Shown here in pieces: positions 37,116 to 45,288 of a stretch of 53,157 nt of DNA. Position 1 is the stretch's first letter; each line of letters opens with the position of its first letter. Source of the stretch: Klebsiella phage vB_Kpn_K62PH164C2; the sequence record OY757064.1. The stretch is one strand, 5' to 3'. The translations under genes were made by a program, and so were the position numbers. Below the pieces are notes generated by a model. That model searched no databases, had not been told where the DNA came from, and worked only from the letters and a program-made list of their open reading frames with translations.

Positions 37116-37131
37116 TTCAACCACATACCCG

Positions 37132-37157
37132 AAAGGAGCCTTTATAGGCTCCTTTTT
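37132..37157 (+). terminator. intrinsic terminator
   Basis: AAAGGAGCC-TTTATA-GGCTCCTTTTT. Confidence 0.9.
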
Positions 37158-37224
37158 GTGCTTCCATTTAATCCCCCGCCCGGTTATTATTCAAACATAT
37201 ATTTCAACTAACAGGGTCAACGCT

Positions 37225-37440
37225 ATGAGAGAGTTTATCAACGCCGCGACCACTGGCGGCGGTGGGGTTACTGCTGGGGGCTTGTTCTCCGGTCAAATCC
37301 TCATTGCGCTGGCTGGTCTTTTTCTTATGTTTACGTTTGGTGTATGGGGCGGATATCTTCGCTGGAAGGATTCGAAAGCGCTAAGGGAGGCGCTAGACGC
37401 CGGAGATATTCGAACGGCAATCAAGATCAGGAGCAAGTAA
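37225..37440 (+). CDS. putative holin
   Basis: 71 aa with TM segment 'FSGQILIALAGLFLMFTFGVWGGYLRW' and charged tail, immediately upstream of endolysin. Confidence 0.65.
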   Translation: MREFINAATTGGGGVTAGGLFSGQILIALAGLFLMFTFGVWGGYLRWKDSKALREALDAGDIRTAIKIRSK

Positions 37441-37442
37441 CC

Positions 37443-37925
37443 ATGACACCTAATCAAATCAAAACAACGCTAACGGGCGTTATGGGGGCGACGGCGATCC
37501 TTTTAATGCAGCTTGAGGATACGCGATACGAAGTTTATTACGATATCGCCGGAATACCCACGGTATGCGAAGGTATCACCGGGCCGGATGTTAAGATCGG
37601 AAAGAAGTATACACGCTATGAATGCGATAAACTTCTTGAAAAGCATATCAACGTGGCAAAGCGAGAAGTAGACAAAGATATCAAGGTTAAGGTTCCCGAC
37701 ACGTTCCGCGCTGCAATGTACAGCTTCACTTTCAATGCTGGTACTGGCGCTTATCGCTATAGCCGGATGTTAACCCTAACCAACCAGGGCAGACTATACG
37801 AAGCGTGCGAACAGCTTCACCGTTGGGTTTACTTTACCAACCCGAAAACGGGCAAGAAGGAAGTTTCTAAGGGGCTGAAAAATCGCCGCGCCACTGAGTT
37901 CAAAACCTGCATTAAGGATCTGTAA
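37443..37925 (+). CDS. endolysin (GH24 lysozyme-like), possible SAR N-terminus
   Basis: 'TLTGVMGATAILLMQLEDTRYEVYYDIAGIPTVCEGITGPDVKIG' lysozyme active-site pattern. Confidence 0.88.
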   Translation: MTPNQIKTTLTGVMGATAILLMQLEDTRYEVYYDIAGIPTVCEGITGPDVKIGKKYTRYECDKLLEKHINVAKREVDKDIKVKVPDTFRAAMYSFTFNAGTGAYRYSRMLTLTNQGRLYEACEQLHRWVYFTNPKTGKKEVSKGLKNRRATEFKTCIKDL

Positions 37926-37926
37926 A

Positions 37927-38319
37927 ATGAAACGACGATATTTAATTGTGCCACTTCTGGCAATGGCCTTATCTGGCTGTTCTGCTACTTCAGCGCTAAC
38001 TGGCCTGATTGGTCAAAAGCCAGATATTACGGCGCAAGCTGGCGCTGAAAACGTTAAGCAAACGGTAGGTATTACAGCGAAACAGGACGCATCAAGCGAG
38101 CAGAAAACAGAGGTTAAGGATTCGGTTGTCGGCAAGGTCGATAGCTCCGCACGCAAGCGCGAGAACGCCACCAGCATCACAGCAGACACCATCACAGCCG
38201 AGAAGATCGAGGTTCACAACTCCGACAGCGGTTTAGGGTTTGCATTGCTAGGCGCTACCCTCTTAGCAATCCTCGCCTCCCTTCTCTACCTATTCCGCAA
38301 ACAAAAAAAGGAGCCGTAA
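37927..38319 (+). CDS. unimolecular spanin (u-spanin)-like lipoprotein
   Basis: N-terminal lipobox 'LLAMALSGC' and C-terminal TM 'GFALLGATLLAILASLLYLF', 130 aa. Confidence 0.82.
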   Translation: MKRRYLIVPLLAMALSGCSATSALTGLIGQKPDITAQAGAENVKQTVGITAKQDASSEQKTEVKDSVVGKVDSSARKRENATSITADTITAEKIEVHNSDSGLGFALLGATLLAILASLLYLFRKQKKEP

Positions 38320-38328
38320 GGCTCCTTT
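38304..38328. terminator. bidirectional terminator-like hairpin
   Basis: AAAAAAAGGAGCC-GTAA-GGCTCCTTT. Confidence 0.85.
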
Positions 38329-38367
38329 CTTCATTCGTAAATCCTGACATTCATCAATAGAACACCA

Positions 38368-38856
38368 TCACGATCGTGCAGGTTGTGTTCCTTCTCCTTT
38401 GTCACGCGCATTGCAGTATGCAATAAGCTTAGCGCGGCACTGAAGAATTGCTCTTGTGAGATCTGCCGGATTGCTACAAGGCGGTGAACCTCCGTTATCA
38501 ACTCTTCCGCCTGATTTCCCGAAAAGCTTTTCATCATTGAGTTTTTCAACGTTCATCATCTCCAACATGTAGCGACTATCGCGGCCCTTGAACGATTCAA
38601 ACTCAAAGTTTACCGGGCGCTTGTCCGGCCCCTTTGCGCTGGCGTAACCGTCGCTATAGTTAAGGTATCCGAGAGTTACCCATCTCGCCAGGCACTCTTT
38701 GGACACCATCGAAGCAAAGAAGCGGGGAGTAACCCCCGCCGCCCGCGCCAACCTGGAGCACTCGCGATGATTGAACACGAAGCGCGCCAGATGCTGGCGG
38801 TTGAATTGCCGCCATGACTCACAGAAACGATACAGATCTAAAAGAAACATAATCAC
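38368..38856 (-). CDS. hypothetical protein
   Basis: 162-aa ORF, 4-bp overlap with upstream DUF3987-like gene. Confidence 0.65.
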   Translation of the reverse strand: MIMFLLDLYRFCESWRQFNRQHLARFVFNHRECSRLARAAGVTPRFFASMVSKECLARWVTLGYLNYSDGYASAKGPDKRPVNFEFESFKGRDSRYMLEMMNVEKLNDEKLFGKSGGRVDNGGSPPCSNPADLTRAILQCRAKLIAYCNARDKGEGTQPARS

Positions 38857-40439
38857 CCCAACAAGGAAGGATTAAGGAAAATATTGTCATCCACTACGCA
38901 AATCACGTTCAACTCTTGCAATCGTGGTAGTATTACCTCTTTCATTTTCTTTGTGGTTCCGGCCTGGCCTTTGAAGATCTGGAGGTTTCGGATCGAGTTA
39001 TAAAGAACACGATAGCCGATGTATCCACCCTTGATTGTTTTTGCCCGCTTAGTGATCGCATCGTAAACCGCTTTAAGTTCTGCACTCTCGCCTGCAAATC
39101 CTGAAGCATCCGCCGAGCTAAGATAAGTCTTACTTAACTCATGAAACATAAAGATCGCCTCTTCGATCGTGTCAACCTCAATTTCTCGCGACTTCTTAGG
39201 CTGTCCTTTGTCGTCGCTCCAGTTCCGTATGGCGTGGAGAACGGAAGCTATGCGTAAAACCTGCTTATCGAACTTACCCATAGCACCGCGCAACATAGTG
39301 TGGGAATACTTGCCACCATCGGCGAGATCCGGCTCTAACTCCTGGCGCGCCCGGTTAAGTCTGCGCATCCCGGCAACCGTCACGCGAAGCTTTACATCTT
39401 GCTCCGTCATGATGTTATGAATCAGGCGGAAGTATTGAGCCTTTAACTCTTGATTAACTGGCTCGTATGTGCTATCGCCGTCATCGTCGATAAACGTTCG
39501 CCTTCCTAAGAATGATTCCTCCCTAACCAACAAGAAACGCTCGGAAACACCGATGCCGCGAGAGCCAGCTTGCATGATTGCGTCGATCGTCTCATCTTGG
39601 GCGATTACCGAGATGCAACCGGACGCTACGAAACTCATGTTGTTTTCTGCGTTGGAGCGAGCGATCGATACGTGGCCCATATCCCAAGCCTTAAGGACAA
39701 GTTCACTGTTTGTTTTCCGGCTAGCGTCGGCGTATGTCATCCCCAGCAGTGAGTTAACGCTTGTTGCCTCATCGGATATAACCGCAAAGTTGCCTTGCTT
39801 GTTGTTTATCTTCGCCAGGCCTTCAGGTGTTGTATCTGACACCGGGAAAACAATGTCACACAGCCTTTCCAAGTCCTCGTTGCACTTGTCGAGATCCTCA
39901 TACAAAACAGCCATATCACTTGCGGCCTTCTCTCCCTTCATCTCATTCTTGATAGCCGAGATCTTGGCGAGCACCTTCTTTCGCTCCTTCTTGCGCTCTT
40001 CGTTTATGCGATCGACTTCCGCAACAATCGGGGCAATAGCCAGCGAGTTAATAGCAGATTTCCCCGTTGATGGTGGCTGACTGGTTACAACATAAAGTGA
40101 TGTTGGCTGATCGGTTCCGTGATACTCAACATAAAAGCGGCCCAGCATTGCAGACGACACCACCCCCAAGAAATGCATATAAGCTGATGATTCCGGGAAT
40201 TGAACCGATGCGGAGATGTTGAGCGCCAGGCGTCCGACGATATCATAATCATTCGCGATCGAGATTATCGGGTACTTTTCGTTATCCCCTTCGATCTCTC
40301 TAACCTTACCCCAAAACGAAAACGAAGAGCGATATCCGTTATTTTTTATTGAGACATAAACGGCGGATAGCCCTTGCGATTCTGATATGGCTAGGATTTG
40401 TTGAGGCGATAAACGATCGTCTCTCATATCGTTGTACAT
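38853..40439 (-). CDS. DUF3987-like ATPase, putative replicative helicase/primase C-terminal-like
   Basis: 'YVVTSQPPSTGKSAINSLA' P-loop-like, 'FAVISDEA', 'GFAGE' typical of DUF3987 phage proteins. Confidence 0.82.
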   Translation of the reverse strand: MYNDMRDDRLSPQQILAISESQGLSAVYVSIKNNGYRSSFSFWGKVREIEGDNEKYPIISIANDYDIVGRLALNISASVQFPESSAYMHFLGVVSSAMLGRFYVEYHGTDQPTSLYVVTSQPPSTGKSAINSLAIAPIVAEVDRINEERKKERKKVLAKISAIKNEMKGEKAASDMAVLYEDLDKCNEDLERLCDIVFPVSDTTPEGLAKINNKQGNFAVISDEATSVNSLLGMTYADASRKTNSELVLKAWDMGHVSIARSNAENNMSFVASGCISVIAQDETIDAIMQAGSRGIGVSERFLLVREESFLGRRTFIDDDGDSTYEPVNQELKAQYFRLIHNIMTEQDVKLRVTVAGMRRLNRARQELEPDLADGGKYSHTMLRGAMGKFDKQVLRIASVLHAIRNWSDDKGQPKKSREIEVDTIEEAIFMFHELSKTYLSSADASGFAGESAELKAVYDAITKRAKTIKGGYIGYRVLYNSIRNLQIFKGQAGTTKKMKEVILPRLQELNVICVVDDNIFLNPSLLG

Positions 40440-40562
40440 AAAAAGCTCCTGTTACGTGGAAAGGTGAAAACATTATCCACATTTACACAATCAAGATCCA
40501 ATGAATTATAGTAAGACACCTCGAAAAGCGGCTAACGATAATGGGGCCGAAGCCCCAACCAA

Positions 40563-41000
40563 TCAGAGATATTTGGCTTCGAATGTGGTTCCATCGGCGA
40601 TCGAGAATCCGACTTCCTCGCGGAACAGAGTCCAGCGGCAACCATCATTATCAAAGATGTATCCAGCAACGCCACCAAGCGCACGCCCGCTTTCTACCTG
40701 GTAACGCTTGCCAACCGTGAATGATTTCTTCACCGTGTTTTTGTGGTCAAGGCTCATGCACTTGAGGGTTTTGGTTTTCAGTTCAACGAACGTTGCGCAT
40801 CCTTCGCGCTCTTCTTTACTTCCCGGCGCGATAGTGCCTAACAAGATCATATTTTTTGGAAGGTCGAACCAAACTCCATACTTATCGCGAACCTGCATAG
40901 AGCCATCATCTTTAATTCTGCCTTTATATAAAACAGTATCCTCAAAGAATGTGTTGATGTTTGATGAGGTGCATTTTAGTTTGATTGATTTGGTAGTCAT
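40563..41000 (-). CDS. small unknown protein with two copies of the '(I/L)KC...' element
   Basis: 'SIKLKCTSSNIN...' and 'TLKCMSLDHKNTVKKSFTVGKRYQVESG...DNDGCRW'. Confidence 0.65.
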   Translation of the reverse strand: MTTKSIKLKCTSSNINTFFEDTVLYKGRIKDDGSMQVRDKYGVWFDLPKNMILLGTIAPGSKEEREGCATFVELKTKTLKCMSLDHKNTVKKSFTVGKRYQVESGRALGGVAGYIFDNDGCRWTLFREEVGFSIADGTTFEAKYL

Positions 41001-41033
41001 TTCTTTGTTTCCTTGTTTGCTTTCGATGAAACA

Positions 41034-41076
41034 ATAATACCCAATCTCGCGACCGGGAATTTAGCAATTAGTGCTA
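41034..41076 (-). promoter_or_regulatory. TAGCAC-module promoter
   Basis: Minus: TAGCACTAATTGCTA-N22-TATTAT; TAG is the stop of gene 41074-41751. Confidence 0.78.
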
Positions 41077-41751
41077 TTTGTAGAACCAATTCGCCTCTAA
41101 TACAGCGCGAGCGAATCCGCGAGGGGTAATGGAGCGAAGCATTTTTGTACGCTCTGACTTGCCGCCTAAATATTTCCAGGCCCAAAAAAAGCCAATAGAT
41201 TCAACGGGTTTTCTTTCAGGCTCCTTGAATCCATTACCGCACCAAATGCAAGTCTTTTTATTGTACGCATCCTGTCGGGGCATTTTTTGGTGCCAAACTT
41301 CCTCTTCGGGCCGCATATATCCGCCAAACTCACACGGATTGAAATAGAAATCAGGCTTGCGCCACATGGTTGATAATTTGCCAACCGGGTTTTCAACCAT
41401 CCAGGGGCAATTATATAAAGCGCCCAACCCCTCAATCATTTTCGCATTGTCAACCGAAATATAAAGCGCATCATCCGCGCGCTCATGCTTAGCTCCGCTA
41501 TGGGCTAAATCGGTGCAAGACGGAAACGCAAAAATAATATCCGGCTTAGGAATCCCTAGGATCTCACATTTAATAGAGAAATCGCGGTCAATCCACATAT
41601 TCACATATTCGATATTGGGATGTTCCATGCGAATCTTATATTCGCCGTGGTCTCCGGAGTCGGCGTTAAAGCAATAAACATTTGCTCCGCGCTCTGCCCA
41701 GGGAAGCCCCATAATCCCGGAGCCGTCAAATAGACACCATACCGTTTTCAC
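41074..41751 (-). CDS. DNA cytosine methyltransferase-like protein
   Basis: GTG start 41751 with GGAGG and GTGA overlap; 'VWCLFDGSGIMGLPWAERG', 'PDIIFAFPSCTDLAHSGAKH', 'WMVENPVGKL'. Confidence 0.7.
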   Translation of the reverse strand: MKTVWCLFDGSGIMGLPWAERGANVYCFNADSGDHGEYKIRMEHPNIEYVNMWIDRDFSIKCEILGIPKPDIIFAFPSCTDLAHSGAKHERADDALYISVDNAKMIEGLGALYNCPWMVENPVGKLSTMWRKPDFYFNPCEFGGYMRPEEEVWHQKMPRQDAYNKKTCIWCGNGFKEPERKPVESIGFFWAWKYLGGKSERTKMLRSITPRGFARAVLEANWFYK

Positions 41752-41981
41752 TCTGAAACCTCCGAGAAAGTCGCCACGCCTAACACGGCCCAATAATCAG
41801 GCCAGCCTTTAACGGCTTGCCAGGTTACGCCGCCTAACTTGCGCTCGCGATCGCCGTCAATGCTCAACTCATCGCGCACGCCCTTGATGGTTTGCGCTTC
41901 GTAAATCTTGCCCTTCGTGAAGAAAGGAAGTTTCTTATCGCCGGGAGCGATCGCGCCAGTACATTTAAGTTTGATTACCAC
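41748..41981 (-). CDS. small unknown protein of 'IKLKC' family
   Basis: 'MVIKLKCTGAIAPGDKKLPFFTKGKIYEAQTI'. Confidence 0.65.
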   Translation of the reverse strand: MVIKLKCTGAIAPGDKKLPFFTKGKIYEAQTIKGVRDELSIDGDRERKLGGVTWQAVKGWPDYWAVLGVATFSEVSE

Positions 41982-42175
41982 GGAATAAAATCTCCATTAT
42001 CAAAGGAGTCAGTGTCGATCGCGTCATCCAGGTCATCGGTAAACGGGAGGCTTTCTTCGTCCATATCCATATCGCCGAGCGCCTCGGATAGTGACATGTA
42101 GCCGCAAGCAACCGCCATTGCGTAATCGGTATTTAGTCCGGCGTCAAGCGCCGCATGGAATAACTTCTCATCCAT
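41975..42175 (-). CDS. hypothetical acidic protein
   Basis: 66-aa ORF overlapping both neighbours in an operon. Confidence 0.55.
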   Translation of the reverse strand: MDEKLFHAALDAGLNTDYAMAVACGYMSLSEALGDMDMDEESLPFTDDLDDAIDTDSFDNGDFIPW

Positions 42176-42533
42176 TTTGAACCGCCTTTTTATATTCGCG
42201 CAACTTAGCCGCGCATGACTTTGAACAAGTTCGGCCCCAGCCGCGAGCCAGATCGGAACGCTTAACTTTGTAGACAGCCCCGCACGCCGGAGCCTCGCAG
42301 CATTTCATTTCCGTTCCCGATTTGCGCGGCGCGGAACAATCCGCCTTTGCCTTTTGGATTGAACCAGTCAGCGAACCATCACCGGGGCTTTTCGTTGACC
42401 AGAATAGTTGAACCTTTGCCACCTCTTCGCCGAATTCGTTGATAAACATGTAAACGCCTTTGCTCTTCAGAGCTACAACGCAGTGATGCATTTCGCCGTT
42501 TACTTCGACGTATGCGCGATCGCCTTCTTTCAT
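42168..42533 (-). CDS. hypothetical protein with C-terminal Cys-rich zinc-finger-like motif
   Basis: 'CCEAPACGAVYKVKRSDLARGWGRTCSKSCAAKLRE'. Confidence 0.65.
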   Translation of the reverse strand: MKEGDRAYVEVNGEMHHCVVALKSKGVYMFINEFGEEVAKVQLFWSTKSPGDGSLTGSIQKAKADCSAPRKSGTEMKCCEAPACGAVYKVKRSDLARGWGRTCSKSCAAKLREYKKAVQNG

Positions 42534-42761
42534 TTATGCGTACCACTTTTCGATAAAGATTCGATTATCGGTGAGCAGAACGGAAACCTGCATTTCGTTC
42601 ATTGCCACCACGCGAGAACCTGGAACCGTACCAACCGCAAACGCGCCATTCGGTCGTTTAGTGATGTTGATCTAAGTCATGCCGGAAGCCTTATCCAGAC
42701 GGACAACACAACGGCCTTTCTTCTCGACTAACGCCAGGATACCAATAACTTTACAATTCAT
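42534..42761 (-). pseudogene. 75-codon reading frame interrupted by an in-frame amber codon at 42672-42674
   Basis: MNCKVIGILALVEKKGRCVVRLDKASGMT[TAG]INITKRPNGAFAVGTVPGSRVVAMNEMQVSVLLTDNRIFIEKWYA*; ends just before the ATG of the next gene. Confidence 0.62.
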
Positions 42762-42792
42762 TTTCACTACTCCGTTTGTTTGGTGTGGGGAT

Positions 42793-42836
42793 AATATACC
42801 ATCATCCCCGATCGGTTGTTTTAGCAATTCGTGCTA
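42793..42836 (-). promoter_or_regulatory. TAGCAC-module promoter
   Basis: Minus: TAGCACGAATTGCTA-N23-TATATT; GGGGAT...ATCCCC; TAG is stop of gene 42834-43121. Confidence 0.78.
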
Positions 42837-43121
42837 TACGAATGATAATTCAACGTAGCCATTGCGATAGAACCGCAGCTTAATGATCCCGTAGTGGTAC
42901 ACGACGTCAACCACTTCTTCGCCCATAAGATCGAGCAGGCGGCGTTGCTTGTTGAAAGTGCAATTGTCCCTGAACATCTGATTAATCCCGTGAGTTTTAA
43001 CCAGCGCCTGGATTGACTCCTTTACATTTATGTAATCCAGATAACGGTGATGCGCACGCATCAAGATCTTAGCGTGATGCATTTCCTTGCGGGCCTTCTT
43101 CAGTTCGATGATGCTAGCCAT
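42834..43121 (-). CDS. hypothetical protein
   Basis: 95-aa ORF in operon. Confidence 0.6.
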   Translation of the reverse strand: MASIIELKKARKEMHHAKILMRAHHRYLDYINVKESIQALVKTHGINQMFRDNCTFNKQRRLLDLMGEEVVDVVYHYGIIKLRFYRNGYVELSFV

Positions 43122-43544
43122 TTACTTTACCCCGTCGAATGTGCGGTATGATTGCTGCACTTTCATAAACACTGCATTGCGCGTTATCGCATCTTCCACG
43201 CATGAAATATCTTGCTCTTCGCGCTCAACCTCGAATTGACCAACGAAACAGATCTCTCGTTTCGTCTTCAGGTCTTGAATGATGAATCGTTGCCCTGACA
43301 GGTCAATCACGCGGAACGGGATTCCTTCGTGGTATTCGTGATTCCCGGCACCAAGGATTGAATCGGCGTTACAGTCCTGAAGGCTAGGAACATGGTAGAA
43401 TCGGCAAATCGCACGCTCTACCGCATCACGCAGAAGCCGACCATGACACTTAGCGGCGGCAACCCCGCGTTTTCTAATCTGCTCTTCGGATAAGTCGCCC
43501 TTAACGTAAGTGTACCCGCCAGCAATATTGAAAGATTGTTTCAT
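43122..43544 (-). CDS. hypothetical protein
   Basis: 140-aa ORF in operon. Confidence 0.6.
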   Translation of the reverse strand: MKQSFNIAGGYTYVKGDLSEEQIRKRGVAAAKCHGRLLRDAVERAICRFYHVPSLQDCNADSILGAGNHEYHEGIPFRVIDLSGQRFIIQDLKTKREICFVGQFEVEREEQDISCVEDAITRNAVFMKVQQSYRTFDGVK

Positions 43545-43765
43545 AATTTAACCTCGTTATATTCCATGAATTCCAGGACGTAGATACACTCCCTGGGATG
43601 CTCTAAACCTTTGAGAACCTCGCAACCATCGTTAAACAGGTTGCAAGAGCTACATTCGACACCGCCGACATTCAGGCCGACGATGTTCAAGCCGTTACAC
43701 TTCCCGCCGCCCCATCGGTGGGGGAAGTCATAAGCCATGCAGTCACAAGTCACCTGTTTACGCAT
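43541..43765 (-). CDS. small Cys-rich hypothetical protein
   Basis: MRKQVTCDCMAYDFPHRWGGGKCNG...CSSCNLFNDGC...PREC; start chosen downstream of the neighbouring gene. Confidence 0.55.
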   Translation of the reverse strand: MRKQVTCDCMAYDFPHRWGGGKCNGLNIVGLNVGGVECSSCNLFNDGCEVLKGLEHPRECIYVLEFMEYNEVKL

Positions 43766-43769
43766 GGCC

Positions 43770-44045
43770 CTACCCCACGATACGTTTTCCGGTACTACCG
43801 AGGAAGCGATTAAGCTTACCCCTTGATTCGGTAGCGCGCTCTCTTGAACGGAACCTCTCCAGGTAGTAAGTATCAACTCCCATTACCAGCGTTTCATCAG
43901 CGCTTGACGTCCCAACCAGCCAAAGGCTATACGTCTGCTTGTCCAATCCGTAATTCTTATCGTGAACCATGCGAACCGCTACCGGACTGAAGCCATGCCT
44001 ATCAATGAAGGCTTCCACGCGATTCAATAACTCTTGCCTTGTCAT
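43770..44045 (-). CDS. hypothetical protein
   Basis: MTRQELLNRVEAFIDRHGF with upstream ACGGAG RBS. Confidence 0.6.
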   Translation of the reverse strand: MTRQELLNRVEAFIDRHGFSPVAVRMVHDKNYGLDKQTYSLWLVGTSSADETLVMGVDTYYLERFRSRERATESRGKLNRFLGSTGKRIVG

Positions 44046-44077
44046 TTGCTCAATCTCCGTGATTGGTTGATGCACTC

Positions 44078-44120
44078 ACTATAACCCGATTCGATCGGTA
44101 ATGTGTTGCAAAAAGTGCTA
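44078..44120 (-). promoter_or_regulatory. TAGCAC-module promoter
   Basis: Minus: TAGCACTTTTTGCAA-N22-TATAGT. Confidence 0.7.
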
Positions 44121-44340
44121 TTCCAGTAGTTGCGCGTTATTCCACCAGTTCAGGAATAATTGGAATAGTCTCGCATGGTCATTTTGACAATAGTCATTTT
44201 GACTATTTGCGCAGATGGCAATAATCGCATCTCATTGTTGCTTGTCACGCATCAAACGTGAGGGGGAATTGATGGTGATTCGGTTCTCGCCTGGTGGATT
44301 TTCCAATCTTCGCCCGGAGCTTGGCTCCATGTTAGGTTGG

Positions 44341-44680
44341 TTTGGTAATGGTTTGGTAAGGGTTAGGTAAGATAATCTTACTCGAATTCCGCTCAAATTT
44401 TGCGCAGCATGAAATAGAGAATATCTATATAATATATATACTTAGCTCTATCTATTATTATTATTATTGTATATTGGTACTTGTTAGGTAAGAAAGGTAA
44501 TGGTTAAGGCTATGTGCAATGCTGACTGCTAAGGTCATGGTATGTTCCGCGCGGAATATATATAGGTGCATACCCCCTAAAAAATCTTACCAGGCTTACC
44601 TAACACGCTTGACGCCTTGCGGCGCATGGCTTACGCTATTACCTAACAGCCTTACCGAGCATTACCACACATTACCGAAC
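44341..44680. repeat. iteron-rich AT-rich intergenic region, copy B (candidate origin), inverted relative to copy A
   Basis: TTAGGTAAGAT...TTACTCGAATTCCGCTCAAATTTTG.GCAGCATGAAA, AT-rich tract, TTCCGCGCGGAA, multiple CTTACC/GGTAAG. Confidence 0.6.
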
Positions 44681-44695
44681 ATAGGAGCATAGAAA

Positions 44696-45211
44696 ATGGC
44701 TAGCATCGACAACATCATCAAGTTTACGCAGCAGGTAACGGCGGAGTTCCCGGACATGGAACCAGGCGAGCAAGCCAGGCTGGGGGCAAGGCGCGCGCAA
44801 GAGTTCGAAGATTCGGCGGCGGACTCAATCCCGGCGAGCAGCAAGGGGAGCGCCTCCATTCGTTCCATCCTGGAGCCATTATTCAAGGCGGGCGATTACA
44901 GCATCACTATTGACCGCGAGGCATTCGAGGAGGAACACGGCATCACGCTTACGTACCAGAACTTACGATCGGCCTTTCGGGCGTACTTCACAGATACGCA
45001 TAGGATAGTGATTCGCGAGAATGCATTGCATTTCACCGTGACCAGAGAGGTCAAGACTCAGGCGGCGGGCGCATTCGATGAGCAGGTATCGCAAGCCGTC
45101 CAGGTGGAGCGGGCCAGAGTGTGTGACGCTATGGATGAGCTATTCGGGGATTCGTTCCGGGATCGGACGCTACTCAAAGCGCTAAAAATCATCGTGAGAA
45201 ATGGGGAATAG
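44696..45211 (+). CDS. hypothetical protein downstream of iteron region
   Basis: 171-aa ORF with AGGAG RBS. Confidence 0.7.
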   Translation: MASIDNIIKFTQQVTAEFPDMEPGEQARLGARRAQEFEDSAADSIPASSKGSASIRSILEPLFKAGDYSITIDREAFEEEHGITLTYQNLRSAFRAYFTDTHRIVIRENALHFTVTREVKTQAAGAFDEQVSQAVQVERARVCDAMDELFGDSFRDRTLLKALKIIVRNGE

Positions 45212-45251
45212 CACGAATTGCTAAACCTCCCTGACTGGCTTTTGGTAATAT
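45209..45251 (+). promoter_or_regulatory. TAGCAC-module promoter
   Basis: TAGCACGAATTGCTA-N22-TAATAT; TAG is stop of gene 44696-45211. Confidence 0.78.
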
Positions 45252-45288
45252 GTATTCATCGAAACGAAGCAGGCAAAAGGAAAACATC

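Noticed and set aside
40472-40501. Minus-strand promoter TTGGAT-N18-GATAAT before the DUF3987-like gene
   Set aside because: Plausible but weak -35/-10 match and not part of the module class; insufficient support for a feature.
42408-42731. Plus-strand ORF of 107 aa from the ORF track
   Set aside because: Antisense to the tightly packed minus-strand operon, including the zinc-finger-like gene; no RBS or promoter support.
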